Below, one piece after another: positions 1 to 12,960 of a stretch of 64,000 nt of DNA (its first letter is position 1; every line of letters begins with the position of its first letter). The translations under genes were made by a program, and so were the position numbers. The stretch comes from Octopus vulgaris. Taxonomy: Eukaryota. The DNA lies in contig OX597820.1 of the NCBI GenBank assembly GCA_951406725.2, positions 71,610,001 to 71,674,000 on the forward strand, in the 5' to 3' direction. Under the pieces are notes generated by a model. The model did no database searches, had not been told where the DNA came from, and saw only the letters and a program-made list of their open reading frames with translations.

Positions 1-669
1 CTTTTATCAAACTGGGAAAATTGCCTCCATTATCCTTTTCTTTTCAACCTCCACCCATAAACATACTTTCTGCTTTTGCTCTGTCCTTCCTCCTACAAAT
101 ACATACCTTCTCTTCCTTAAAACTCATGTACACCACACCTAGTTTCTATTTTTGAAATTGTATTCTCTTCATCATTCTCTGGGATTTGTAAACTAAGTTG
201 CTTTTTTTTTAAATCATGACTAAACATGGGAATTTATAAACTGTATCCCCAAAACCTTCCCAAGTCACTTTCTTCTACTATCAGCTTGAGATATTTGTTA
301 ACAAATCTTTTGTGGCAATGTTGATAAACAAGTTTACATTTGATAAGAAGATACTCCATATTAGAACAATCTATTTCTGTTACACAAGCAAAATACATTA
401 ATTTAAGATTTCTAAAGTAAACTTAATGTGTTTAAGGAAAAGTATTTTATGTATTGTCATTTAAATAAGTATTGAATGTACCTTATGTTTTCATAACTCC
501 TTACTTTATCCTCAATGTAATGTCTAATACTTTATTGTGTGTAAGTGTGAAGGAAAGCCTCTCTCTATGTCATAAAGAAGAGCCATAGTTGTTTCTAAAT
601 TTCAGATTTGTTTATTATTTATTTATTGTCATCATTTTAAATGTCATGCCCATCTTAAAGTTCTGGAAC

Positions 670-1005
670 TTAGTGAAATCAGAGGTATTGCTTTCAGTCA
701 TGTTTGTTTGTTTGTCTGTGGACAAGATATCTTAAGAACCAATTCTGGTGAAACTTTCAGGGATGTTTGGCCTTGTGACTGGCATGAACTGATTCAATTC
801 TGGGATTGATCCAGTACCGGACAAGGGTTCTGGATTATTTTTCCTGATTTTTACTTAACTTTTGAGAGTGGTTGTTTTCATTTTTAGTATTCTTGTTTGT
901 GAGAGCAGTCAAGTTTATTTCAGATATTCTCATTTTAAAAATCATCTCTGGCTGATTGTTGTGAGGATGTTGGTGTTGCCTTGGCTGAGGTTTGTGCTCT
1001 TGCTT
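670..1005. mobile_element. Non-autonomous Helentron-associated (HINE/DINE-1-like) element, decayed
   Basis: Starts ..ttagtgaaatcagaggtattgctttcagtc, has a (GTTT/GTCT)n tract near the 5' end and ends ..ttgccttggctgaggtttgtgctct. This layout is typical of HINEs; family assignment is from recall. Confidence 0.5.
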
Positions 1006-3356
1006 AAGATTTTGCTTTGGTTGTGTTGTACTCTGGTCTAACCATAGCCTTGTGAAGGGATTTGGTTGAAGAAAGCTTGTTATATACACATACATGTACA
1101 CACACACACACACTCTCTCTCGCATTTACACTCACACACTCTCTCACATTTACATATACACACACACATGCATGTGTATGCTTGTGTGAGTGGGTCTGTA
1201 TGTCCCTGATCACATGTGTTTGTTCACTGGTTGTAAACATCAGCCTCACAATGGTGTGACTTGCTTGCAATCCAACATGAAAGCACATCTTGACCTCTTG
1301 GCATGTTGTATCCTCTATGGGATTGTGGGTGTGTAGAAGTTGAAATAAATTATGAGGGAAGTTAAAAATGGGGAAATTTGATGATTGAAGAACAAGGATT
1401 GAGTAGAGCTGATCATAAATATATTTTGGAGAGAAGATAGGGAATAGTAGGTAATGTCTGTAGTGATTAGGTAAGGTTGAGGAGTGGATGTATAGAATGA
1501 TAGACAAAGGTGGAGAAGTGATTAATGATACATATGAATTTGGAGGAAAGGCAAGGGAAAGAAGGTGATGACTGACAATAAAGGAGGAGTAAAAGACAGT
1601 AGAATAGTAATAATAAATTAGTAGATAGGGGAATGGATGAGAAAGAGTGAAGTGATGTGTGTGCGTGTGTGTGTGTGTGTATCTGTACAAGCATATATAT
1701 TTGTGTCTTCTCATTGTCTTCATACTGTTTGCATGTTGTGTATAAAATAAAGTCATTGTCTAGACAAATAGCATCATGATTTTTTAAAATTCAACCATGG
1801 AAACATATCTAGACATTGAGCCATTTGTTGCTTGAAAGAGTAGGGAAAACTTCAACTTACTTGCAGGTGAGGGTTGGCAACAAGAAGATTCAGCTGTATA
1901 AAAAGTTTTTGAAACCAAGTTTTGTCTGTCCTATGTCAGCGTGGAAAAGTGGATATTAAAACAATGGAAATGTTTATTGTGTGTGTGCGTGTGTGTGTGT
2001 GTGCACATGCTCCTTTATGGTCTCTTATGCTGGTGATAAAGATGTACAATATTAAACTAACAGAGTAAATGGTATACATTTGTCTCAAAGTGCTGGTGTT
2101 GAAGACTTTTGACTTCCAAAGTAACTTCAAATGTTATTTATAAATCGATATTCAGCTTTATTTGAATCATTTCCAGATGTCATTTGTTGTCATATTTTTT
2201 GGTAGACACATTATACATGAAAGATTTCAAGCTGTTTCGGTCTTATTCTGTGCCAGCAATTCACTTAAACTGTTCTAACTATTGGAAGGGTATATTCAAT
2301 AAGAGAACAATATCTTCTCATCATGTCTTTTAAAGAAATTAATAATAGTGCTAACATATGCATCAATATTCACAGAAGATCTTTCTTTCTTATTATTTGA
2401 ATTTTACACTTATACTACTTTCTGTTTTAACTTTTTGTTACCTGTTTCTGAAGGTCATTTTTGAGTTAATCACATTTTTTAAAAGTTCTGGATAAACAGA
2501 TAGTATAGTGGATATTTAAGTGAGTCATTGTACATCTATTTATGGCTCCCTTCCTAATTTATTTGGAAATTCATGTAAAATCCTTGGAGAAATAATAATG
2601 AAAGGCATTCCTGAAATACTTTTAAAACCAGTTGAGATATTCTATTTAACAAATGCTACCACACACGTCAGTTCATTAGTAGGCATCTTTGAGATATTAG
2701 CATATATAACTGCATCTGTGTTTTATCTTTTCTTTTTACTTCTTCCATCTTGAATCCTACATTACATTTTCTTTATGCATTTCATGTAACAATATTTCCA
2801 TTTGCAAAGCAGACACTCTAAAATTGATTTAGATTGTCAAGACCCTACATTTTGCTAAATATTACATCATAATTTAGTCTAGTCAAAGAAAATAAAAGTA
2901 GAATAAATTGTAAATTATCATGTTTTAAATATCTTACTTGGCACAAAATAGCATGTGATATTTTCATAAATGTCAAATTTTCACATCATATTGATGGTAC
3001 TCAAAAGAATTTAAAGAGCTTACGTAGAAATATAAGTATTTCATAAAATCAAAAGTGATCACTTGCAAATTTTCTTCTAGAAAAACTAGAGGGTCCATAG
3101 AAACAAACGTTTAGTTGCACTGTTAAATTTGATTACTCATGTTTTAGAAATAAGAACCACATTGTCTATGTTTTCTTTAGTTTTGAAATGAGAATCACAG
3201 GTATATTTCTATTGAACTTTTGCTTTCATAGTATACAGACTACTGCATGAGCAACTGCTATATTTTGGACACTTAAATGAAATTGCTTGGTATTTGCAAT
3301 TTAATGATTATCTCTCTCACATTTCATGTTTATTACAATCTTTGATTTTGTGTTAA

Positions 3357-3566
3357 CCCTTTCGTTACTGTATTTATTTTGAGATGCTCTGTATTTCTTT
3401 AAATATAACAAAGAATTTAGTAAAACAACTTAGTTATCATTCAGCTAGTGTTAGCAACATGAATTGTGACTAAGGTTTGGTGAAAGATTTTAATTCAAAA
3501 CTTATGGAAACAAGACATTTGTACTCAGAGCCAGAGCCTGTTTCAGCCGGGCTGGTAATGAAAGGG
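3357..3566. mobile_element. piggyBac-type MITE
   Basis: TTAA at 3353-3356 and 3567-3570 flank the TIRs CCCTTTCGTTAC / GTAATGAAAGGG; 210 bp, no ORF. Confidence 0.85.
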
Positions 3567-3917
3567 TTAAACAATATACTTTGAGCTACATAAACTATTT
3601 TCGTAAACCTTATTTTATTAAGGTTTGAGATGTTTGATAATTGTATCATTTTATTTAAATTTATTAGTACTTTAATTATTAAACCTTTCATAAATGGAAT
3701 TTGAAATTATAAATTGTAAAATTACACTTAGTGTCATAAATAAAAGTTTTTCTACATATATATATATTTCCATCCATCTTTTGTTCAGAATATATACTAT
3801 TTTGTCTTTTAGAGACTTGTTTCTGCTTTGTATAATAGCCTTCTGTTTTCAATATGGGTTTCTATGTTTCTCATGTGACTGTGCCATGTCACACTGTGTC
3901 TGGCCATGTAAAATTTA

Positions 3918-4146
3918 CCCATGCCAGTGCCACATAGGAAGCACCCATACTGGAGTTACATAGGAAGCACTCAGTACACTCTGTAAAATGGTTGGCATTA
4001 AGAAGGACATCCAGCAGTAGTAGAATCCAGCCAAATCAAGCTGGAATCTGACACAGCTCTTTAATTTGCCAGCTTTGGTCAAACCGTCCAACCCATGCAC
4101 ATAATAAATGGATGTTTGATGATGATGATGGTGATGATGATGATTG
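3918..4146 (+). mobile_element. RTE LINE 3'-UTR/tail fragment ending in (GAT)n
   Basis: Matches the reverse complement of the 35164-35400 RTE tail (..gtaaaatggttggcattaagaaggacatccagc.. gatgatgat). Confidence 0.75.
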
Positions 4147-5699
4147 TACATTCAATTATTTCTAAACTTTTTAGATTTTATTATAATTGAGTGTTGGTGA
4201 CATTGTGAAGTCCATTCTGCCAGTTATGAAACTAACCAATTAATATAGTATATCTATATATTTTTTTATAAGACCATGGAGTGTGATTTTTCAAATTCTT
4301 TTACTTACTATTACTAGTAAGCTAAGCTGATATATGAAAATTGTCAGCATTATTTAAGTCTTATTTATGTGGGTTAACTAATTAGCATGTGGTTAAATGT
4401 GTCATTTAATTACATCTCATTATGAACCAACAAGAGAGGCAAGGTGGTCATTAAAAGTGGCAGAAATTGCAGCTAAATCTACCTCAAATTCCACTCTACT
4501 ATCTTGAAAAGGAAGGGACATATTTGATGGTGTTGTTGTACTTGGTACACAATATACAATAAAAAGATGAGATGGTCGTTGTCAGCTCAGTAAGATTACT
4601 CTTTAAACTCTTTAAGTAGATAACTCAGTTTCCTAGAAGCAAGGAAAGCTAAATCTCGTCTTGTTGACTAGTGCTGCATTGTCTTCACTTCTTACACTTC
4701 TAAGGTTTTACAGATGATAAACATACACCTTGACTTAAGAGAAATCAAGTGATAACATTTATGGAGATTCTACTCTCCTTTGTCATATATCAGTAGTTAC
4801 TTGTCATAGAGAATTTCATGGAGATTTTTGATTGTATCTGCCATGAGAATCTTTTGGCAAAGCTAACTGTTTATAGTATGTAGCCAAATCAGGTTACATG
4901 GAATAAAACTTTTCTGTATTGATTATTATGTGTAATGAGTAGTGCAAAGTTGTATTGTCTAGTAATGCTTGAGAATAGTGTAACGGTGATGTTAAAATTT
5001 TTTTCAGTGCAACTGTTAATGTGTTCTTGTGGAGCCAGAATCTAATTTGTATGTGTTTCATTAGAATTATTAAAAAGTTCTGTTTGGTATGATGGTAAAA
5101 GATATGATTATGATACTGCTTTTATATGAGCAGGATCTGTAAGTGCAAACAAAGGTTGCAGCCTAAAGGTAAAAGATCAATGTAAGACTCTTTGTGAATC
5201 CACATATCTGGAAATTCTTATTGTTAAAAAAATACTCATTTAATATTGTTTTAAAAGATATTTTATGTTGAATTGTAATAGAGCATAACATCAAAAGCAC
5301 AACTGTTGCTGAATGTGGTTAGATGTATGTAATTAGTTTTTGTTAAATTGATAAGCAATAACTTATGTAATATCTAAAAAAATTCACTTTGTTCTTGTTC
5401 ATCAAAGAATGCAGTTATTCTGCACAAAGTAATAATTCTATTTGAATACTTTTCAGAGATTTTGTGCACGCTAAGAAATAAAAGATACCTGTTGACAGAA
5501 TTCCATATAAATGCTATTTACAGAATGTACCATGTAAAGGGGAACAAAAAAAGCAATAAAAAAAACAAAGACATCAAACAGAAACAAATAACAATAGCAC
5601 AGAAAATGGCTCACACACTCAACTAGATACATTAAAGAAACAGGACATGTAACAAAAGTACCCTTGTCCCCCCCCCCATGTTGTGACATAAGTGATTTC

Positions 5700-6233
5700 A
5701 TGCTTAAAGCAGATGGCTCACATGCATGCTGCCCACTACTTCAATGATAGAAAGCCTTATGAGTCTTTAGCACAATAAAACTGCTGTCTCTTCTTCCCTT
5801 CCACCTTGGAAGAGAAGATGACTAGATGCAGTAGTCCAGCCAGTTCAAGCCAAGAGAACAAAGAAGTCACATGATGATGGGCTGGTGGGGATCACCTAAT
5901 CAGATGGGTTTCCTGAGTTTCGTTGCCCTTTCTTTATCACATAGGACTTGTATTTGATATGTTTGAGCACCATAGATTTGATAGTAAATTTCATCACCTT
6001 GAATCTTATTGACCCACTGGGGTCCTGGACCTACTGGACAAATACAGCCATCTTGATGATGTCTGACCTCTGAACGTTTCTTTCTCTTGGCAATAGATGA
6101 TACATCATCCTGAATACAAAGAAATCTGCTCTATTCAATAAGCTTGTGATCTCTGTGGTTGTTGTTAGACCTATGGCACAATCTGCCTTTTCATTTATTT
6201 TCTGTGTTAGATTGGAATCTGCTGTCAACAAAT
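5700..6233 (-). pseudogene. Decayed collagen-like exon (furin-type site + CxCP + degenerate Gly-X-Y)
   Basis: Minus strand after a ttttag acceptor: ..DDVSSIAKRKKRSEVRHHQDGCICPVGPGPQ.., then triplets GDP HQP IIM *LL CSL GLN WLD .. SLP RWK GRR DSS. Most first codons are Gly or 1-2 substitutions from Gly (TGA, TGT, TGG, AGG, GAC). Contains stops and frameshifts. Confidence 0.55.
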
Positions 6234-7304
6234 CTAAAAGACAAATGAGAAAATTAAAATTTGGTGCATGCTATGTAGCATTACATTAGATCATATTCCA
6301 GTTATGACTCATTAAAATTAATTCACAAAGACTTGATGCATCCCATTGTTCTGAGTTACATCTGACTCAATTTATAAGATCCAAATTTATTCACTTATAG
6401 AATTAAAATTTAAAAATAGCATTTCCAGAAAATCAAATGTTAAAAGGTTTTTGAAAGGGTTGTCTAATTTTACTTTTTCTAACTTGTGGTTAATATTAAC
6501 ATGGAAGAATCAAAATATTTTAGACAGCAAATTTTTATGTTAGCATTTGGCCACTAAACCTTAATTGTATTCTTCAGAAAACTTGTAAACACTTGTAGTA
6601 TTATTCTGCTTTGATGAACATTAGATATTGAGATACAGATTATTTAATTTTAAAATACGAATCAACTACAAAACACTTTGGTGCACTACAATTCTAGGAC
6701 CTGATCTTATTAAGTTGTTTGAAATCTTGATAAATTTTTAATAAGAACAATATTGTCAGGTTGCAAAAATCACAAGGTAAAACAAAAATTCTTAATAAGA
6801 AATGTAAATATCATTTAACTTCTGTACTTCAGATAAATTGAAAAAAATGAATATCCAAATAGATGTGAATTTTTATCAAATCATCTTATTATTCTCTATT
6901 AAATTGAAAAACAGTAATACTTTTCACATTAGATTTGCTGTTTGAGAGACTTTAATCATATAATTGTTTTGGTTTTATTTTTTCCTGTTCAAGAATGAGT
7001 AAGAACAAAGTAGCTATTCAAACACTTAAATGTTTAACAAAATAGATATTATATGCTTTAAGTGTTGACATTAATAGCTGCTTCAGGAAAGAAATTTACT
7101 ATTGTGACCCTTTTTCTCAACTGACATAACCATACTTTTAGTAAAAAAAAAATTATAACAATAAAGAATGCTATTTTTTAAATAATGCAACATATTATCT
7201 TAACCCTCAAAACCAAAGAATAATGCAAATGAAACAAGATTGAACATAAATGCCTCTGACGGTTTGTAACTTTTTGTTTTTTTGATATAGCTAAACATTT
7301 TCAA

Positions 7305-7555
7305 AGTAAAGACTATTTGCCAACATAATGTGGCAGTCCTAGATGGGATGAATGTTACTGTTGCTTAGCCACGGGAAATGTCATTTCCATCTGGTCATAT
7401 GACATGATATCTGTGTCCTTATATTTTCGAACAGGGGAGCTCAGCACCCCCATCCAGCACAAAGCAACATCTGTGGACTGGTTTGTGGGGCTAAACAACA
7501 GTAACATTTGTCCCATCCAGGACTGCAACATTATTTTGGCAAACAGTCTTTACTG
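7305..7555. mobile_element. MITE/foldback element with ~65-bp TIRs
   Basis: agtaaagactatttgccaacataatgtggcagtcctagatgggatgaatgttactgttgcttagcc pairs with the reverse complement of about 7489-7555. Confidence 0.8.
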
Positions 7556-7928
7556 TTACTGAATATCTCGCTTTGAGAGATTTAGCAATAATAATGTTTC
7601 TATTTAAACCTTCTGAATTATCTAGAAAATTTAAATGAAGAGCTAATAGACAGATTCAATGTTGGTCTCATGGCTTTAGACCAAAGTAGTTCTGAGAAAC
7701 CACAGGACTTTCTCCAGAACCTATAAATTCTATGAACATAAAAGAATACCTAGAATCTGGGGAAAAGGATGTTTGACTGGATCTTCTTTATGTGCAAAGA
7801 CTAGAAAATAATTTAGAAAAATATAAGTTTTTGGAAGCATCCAATAATATTGTTAAAATAACTAATGATCACATACTTGATTAAAAATTTTCAAAATATG
7901 ATACTAACCTCATTTATATATAAAGATA

Positions 7929-8142
7929 CTCTTTACTCTTTTACTTGTTTCAGTCATGTGGCTGTGGCCATGCTGGAGCATCACCTTTAGTTGAGCAAAT
8001 CAACCCCAGGACTTATTCTTTATAAGCCTAGTACTTATTCTATCAGTCTCTTTTGCCAAACCGCTAGGTTATGGGAATTTAAACACACCAGCATCAGTTG
8101 TCAAGCAATGTTGAGGGGACAAACACAGACGCACAAACATAT

Positions 8143-8201
<59 letters not shown>

Positions 8202-8366
8202 TACGATGGGCTTCTTTCAGTTTCTGTCTACCAAATCCACTCACAAGGCTTTGGTCAGCCTGAGGCTATAGTAGAAGACACTTGCCCATGGTGCCACACA
8301 GTGGGACTGAACCTGTAACCATGTGGTTCATAAGCAAGCTACTTACAACACAGCCACTCCTACGCC
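7929..8366 (-). mobile_element. tRNA-derived SINE family A (octopus OK/OR-like), full length, internal (TA)n
   Basis: Minus-strand head ggcgtaggagtggctgtgt..ggttcagtcccactg (A/B box-like), central (TA)n, tail ..gaaacaagtaaaagagtaaagag; six copies in the window. Confidence 0.85.
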
Positions 8367-9926
8367 TTTGAAGTTTTTTTAGAATATGCGAAAAAGTTGA
8401 CAATTAGATTAAGTATTCTAACGTTTTATGAATCCTGAGGAATTCAGTATCGTTTCTTCAGAAATGTGATGTCTTAAATTACTTCTTCAACAATATCTTA
8501 GTTCAAATAGAGATAACCTATGAAGTATTTCACTTTTGTCTAATAGAAGTTAATAAAATGATTATGTTGAAGATGATAGTTTGGACTTCAACGATTTTAC
8601 CTGTCTCCTTTACAGTTTAAAACAAATCTAATTTATTGCATATCAGTGTCGTCATATCACCTGATGCTGAAATAAAAGAGAAGACATCACCAGCAGATAC
8701 AAATATCAGCAACTTGTCACTATCATTCCCATGTATGTTAAAACATTGATTTCAAATATACAAGTAAAATTGAAGATGAGTAAATTTAAATTATCTTTGC
8801 ATTTTTCTGCATGCAGTAGGATTGTAAATATTGAATATAACTTGTGTGCCCTGTTCCATTTTGATTTGAGGCAAATATAAAAATTTGTACAGATTTTCTG
8901 AGAAACCACAAAATATTGGTTTGCATAATTTCCCTTGTAATTTAAAACAATTGAAATATCCTGATATAATCATGATATTTTTGTTGTTAAATAGGAAATC
9001 AACTTCTTTTATAATTTCTTTTTTTTATTTTAATATTTCTTAAAGCTTATTTTGTATTGATTTCTAATTTCAAAAGCTATATTGTCTAACATTATATTGT
9101 CTCGTTCATATGCCTTGGGCTTTTTCTTATGGATTTTGCATTTTGCATTTTCTTCTTTTTTGAAGCCACAGTTCTGCAATTATTTTATGTTTGTTAGTAG
9201 CTTGTATTTTCTATGGAAGATAAGGAATGTATCTCCTTTTGTCAAACTTCTGAATATACATGTACCTTAGAGTAACTTTATAGTAAAAGTATGAAGAATT
9301 CAGAACATTCTTATGCCAAAGCACATTTACTTGCTTAGTTAATCAAATAATGCCAGAAGTGCTATCCTCAGTAAGTAACATAGCAGTATCTCTAAATTGT
9401 AACAGAGGCAAAGCAGATGCATCAAAAAAGAGCAATTACTGAAGCCTCAAGCTGATTGATCATGTTTTGAAAGTAATTGAGAGTCTGAGCAAAGTTTGTA
9501 GTAAGTAGGCTTAGTTTGGATAAGACATCATTTGGATTTGTACCAAGTCATTGAATCATATAGGCCTTATTTATAAAGTGATAGCTGCAAGAAGTGTTTG
9601 TAATTTGTAATAAATATTTTTTCCTATGCTCTTGCTGATGTAGAGAAAATTCTCTTGTGCACCTGATACAGAATTCAATGATTTATGGTTACACATTAGT
9701 GTGAGCTTACATATATGCACGCTCGGGTACACATATGGATGCAAATGTCCCAATGGACTGTTGGAGTACAGATCTTATTCATATATCACATTTACAAGTA
9801 ACTGTATACACAGACCAACAATGAATTGCTACAATATCATTGTAACGCTATCAACACTCTACCTACTGTGTATACAGTACTCTACCATGTGTGTACTTGT
9901 ATATCTGTGCATACATGTGCTCCTGT

Positions 9927-10353
9927 CAGCACTGGATTAAACATTAAGAAAATAAGTACATGCTTAGGGCATCAAGGAAAGTCAAGGTGGTGGGCACCAC
10001 AGAAATGGTAAATGGTTTATGGCACAAAAGAAATCGCTTTAAACTTGCTAAAACAATATTCAAAGTGGTTTGTATGGTCAGAAATATAATCTCAAAATGT
10101 TCATGGTGTCATAATGAGGATCTGATCAAAGACTGTATAACTAAAAAGAAGTATGAGAAAACCTTTCAAACATAATAAAGTGGAGATATACAAAAATAAA
10201 CATTTTCCCCATCTAACTGTTAGTTTTATTTCATTCTGAAAAATAAAGATTTACCTTATGGTTTATTATTGTTTACATTTTGAATTAGATATATATGAGG
10301 ACACCAAAATATTTTAAGTGCTTAGGGCCTTCATGAGTCTTAATCTGATTCTG
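9927..10353. mobile_element. Non-autonomous hAT-type DNA transposon
   Basis: CAG..CTG imperfect TIRs (cagcactggatta / taatctgattctg), subterminal tgcttagggc motif at both ends, degenerate 8-bp TSD gctcctgt / gctccaag. Confidence 0.6.
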
Positions 10354-10474
10354 GCTCCAAGAACATCAATTAACTATTGTGAACCTGCTTTAGGGTTGGT
10401 GGTGTTTTTATAGAATGTATTGTATGCATGCATACACAATTGCATATCAAAGTTACCAGCAATATGGAAACTAT

Positions 10475-10815
10475 TACTATGGCACTCCGTTGGTTACAAC
10501 GATGAGGGTTCCAGTTGATCTGATCAATGGAATAGCCTGCTCATGAAATCAACATGCAAGTGGCTGAGCACTCCACAGACACGTGTACCCTTAACGGAGT
10601 TTGTGGGAAAATTCAGCATGACACTGTGTGACAAGGCTGGCCCTTTGAAATACAGGTACAACAGAAACAGGAAGGAAGAGTGAGAGAAAGTGGTTGTGAA
10701 AGAGTACAGCAGGGTCCGCCGCCACCCCTGCCAGAGCCTTGGTCTGGGAATCGAAACTGCAATCCTATGATCAAGAGTCTACTGCCCTAACCACTGGGCC
10801 ATTGCACCTCCACAT
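10475..10815 (-). mobile_element. tRNA-derived SINE family C
   Basis: Minus-strand head gtggaggtgcaatggcccagtggttagggcag..gtttcgattcccagacc (A and B boxes); flanks atggaaacta / atgcaaacta resemble a TSD. Confidence 0.75.
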
Positions 10816-11092
10816 GCAAACTATACAACACACAGGAAATAATCGTTATTATAAGCCTTAAAAGATTATGTCCCTTTATCCACTTGATTAACTTTGTTTT
10901 TGTTCCTTATGGTGCTGTGTAAAATATTGCTTGACATGTTGTTTACATAATCCAACAAATATGCCTGCTATGGTATCATAGTCTATCTGTGGTTGAATAA
11001 TTGTGAAGAATCACTATGATTTGGTATGAAACTATATTTTGGGTACTATTTTTCCTGTTTGAATCACCATACCTATATTCTTTTGTTCTTTT

Positions 11093-11307
11093 ATTCTTTT
11101 ACTTGTTTCAGTCATTTGACTGTGGCCATGCTGGCACACTACTTTTAGTCAAACAAATTGATCCCAGGACTCATTCTTTGTAAGTCTAGTACTTATTCTA
11201 TCGGTCTCTTTTGCTGAACCACTAAGTTACAAGGACGTAAACACACCAGCATCTGTTGTCAGGTGATAGTGTCAGGGACAAACACAGACACACAAATACA
11301 TACATAC

Positions 11308-11400
<93 letters not shown>
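11093..11400 (-). mobile_element. SINE family A, 3' half only, ending in (TA)n/(CA)n
   Basis: High similarity to 7929-8190; the tRNA head is absent. Confidence 0.8.
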
Positions 11401-11401
<1 letters not shown>

Positions 11402-11405
11402 TCAG

Positions 11406-11735
11406 TGTATTATATATTTGAAATAGAAGCACACTCTCAAGCATAGAGCAGTATTGTATATATATAGAGTTAAATATATGTCTAGTGATTGAGTGACCAA
11501 TAGTTTTGTATTCATAAAGGGGTTTAGCCCTATAGACAACTTGTCAGATTCGAAATCCAAAAGCAAATAAATTATTTGCCTTTAGCATTAGAGTCTGACG
11601 AGTTGTCTATGGGGCTATGATCTTTATGGATGTGAAGCTATTGGTTGCTCTATGACTGGGCATATACTTAACTGCATAGAAATATATTATTTCTCTATGC
11701 TTTAGAGCGTACTTATTTTTTTAATATATGATACA
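11406..11735. mobile_element. Palindromic Penelope-like pLTR remnant with degenerate hammerhead motif
   Basis: ~165-bp imperfect inverted arms centred on gcaaataa/ttatttgc near 11570. The right arm has CTGACGA..GAAGC at about 11595-11638. Both ends sit in TA-rich repeats. Confidence 0.65.
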
Positions 11736-11746
11736 TACATATATAT

Positions 11747-12636
11747 AGGGTGTGGTGAATAGACTCTCGTCTAAATTACGAAAAATGAAAATAACACTGA
11801 CTTCTCATTTTAAAAGACATATTTTACCAAAATTACATAAATTTATCTTGAAATAATAAAGAGTAAATTTATTCAATAAAATCGCCATTGGCTTCAATCA
11901 TGGCCTCCAGACAACTTTGGAATCTCCTGCATCTCTTCTGAACAGTCCCCCTGTTTAAGTTGGTGAATGCTGCCATAATCCTTGCTTTCAGTTCATCTTT
12001 GGTGTTACAAGGAGTTTTGTTGATCTCTTGCTCAACAGCACCCTCACACATAATAATGAAGTGGGTTGCAATCTAGAGAGTTGGGTGGCCAGATGTTAGG
12101 GTGATGTGATCACAAAAATTGTCTGACAGCCATGACTGGATTCTCCTACTTGTGTGGCATGGTGCAGAGTCCTGTTGCCAGACATAAGGTATTTCAGCAG
12201 CCAGCCTCTTGACCCAGGACAGCACTACCTCCTCCAGGCACTTGATGTAGGCCTCTGTGTTAAGTGTGAGGCCGTGTGGGTAGCTGAATGGGGGCATAAT
12301 GTCCCCATCACTAGTGATCACTCCAAACACCATGATGGTGCCTGGATATTTGATTTTTTATCACTCCCAGTCCATGTCCTCAAATTGCACTGCCCTCAGA
12401 TTGACACCCAAACATTCTGAAATATTCGTATTGGAGTTTCTGGTATGAATGCCAAAGCAGTACAGTATATCATTTCCAAATTTCTAGCAGAGTGAACTGC
12501 ATTATGGTGCAGTTCTTCTTACAGATGGCACCCAACTGACCCTGTTATACCATGTAGTCAACAAAATCAAAAACAAACCATATACATGCACGAAATTAAA
12601 AATATAATTTGGTGTCAATTTACCCATTGCACCTTT
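11747..12636 (-). mobile_element. Tc1/mariner DD37D (maT) transposon, internally deleted and frameshifted
   Basis: ORFs 12073-12333 and 11869-12051 give MVFGVITSDG..WQQDSAPCH.. and ..RRFQSCLEAMIEANGDFIE; imperfect TIRs lie in TA context; homologous to 49407-50245. Confidence 0.9.
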
Positions 12637-12655
12637 TATTTATGCACATATGTGT

Positions 12656-12662
<7 letters not shown>

Positions 12663-12692
<30 letters not shown>

Positions 12693-12802
12693 TGTATGTA
12701 TGTATGTATGTATGTATGTATGTATGTATGTATGTATGTATGTATGTATGTATGTATGTATGTATGTATGTATGTACGTACGTACGTACGTATGTATGTA
12801 TG
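12663..12802. repeat. (TATG)n microsatellite with TACG variants
   Basis: Directly visible tetranucleotide run. Confidence 0.97.
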
Positions 12803-12804
12803 TC

Positions 12805-12960
12805 AGCATTTAATGTTCACTCCCCATGATGTCATGGGTTGGATGATTTGACAGGCTCTGGTGACTTGTGAGGCTGTATCAGGCTCCAGTGTTACCTCTG
12901 GCATGGCTTCTGTGGCTGGATGCCCTTCCTAATGTTAGACATTTTACAGAGTATGCTGGA
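12805..12960 (-). mobile_element. RTE tail fragment, decayed
   Basis: cagcatttaatgttcac..ggctggatgcccttcctaatg is similar to 32086-32220. Confidence 0.65.

Noticed and set aside
1004-1756. Longest ORF in the track (250 aa, minus)
   Set aside because: It runs through (CA)n/(TG)n microsatellites and pyrimidine-rich low-complexity DNA with no domain; at most a decayed retroelement remnant.
12586-12851. MYVC-repeat ORFs
   Set aside because: Translation of the (TATG)n microsatellite.
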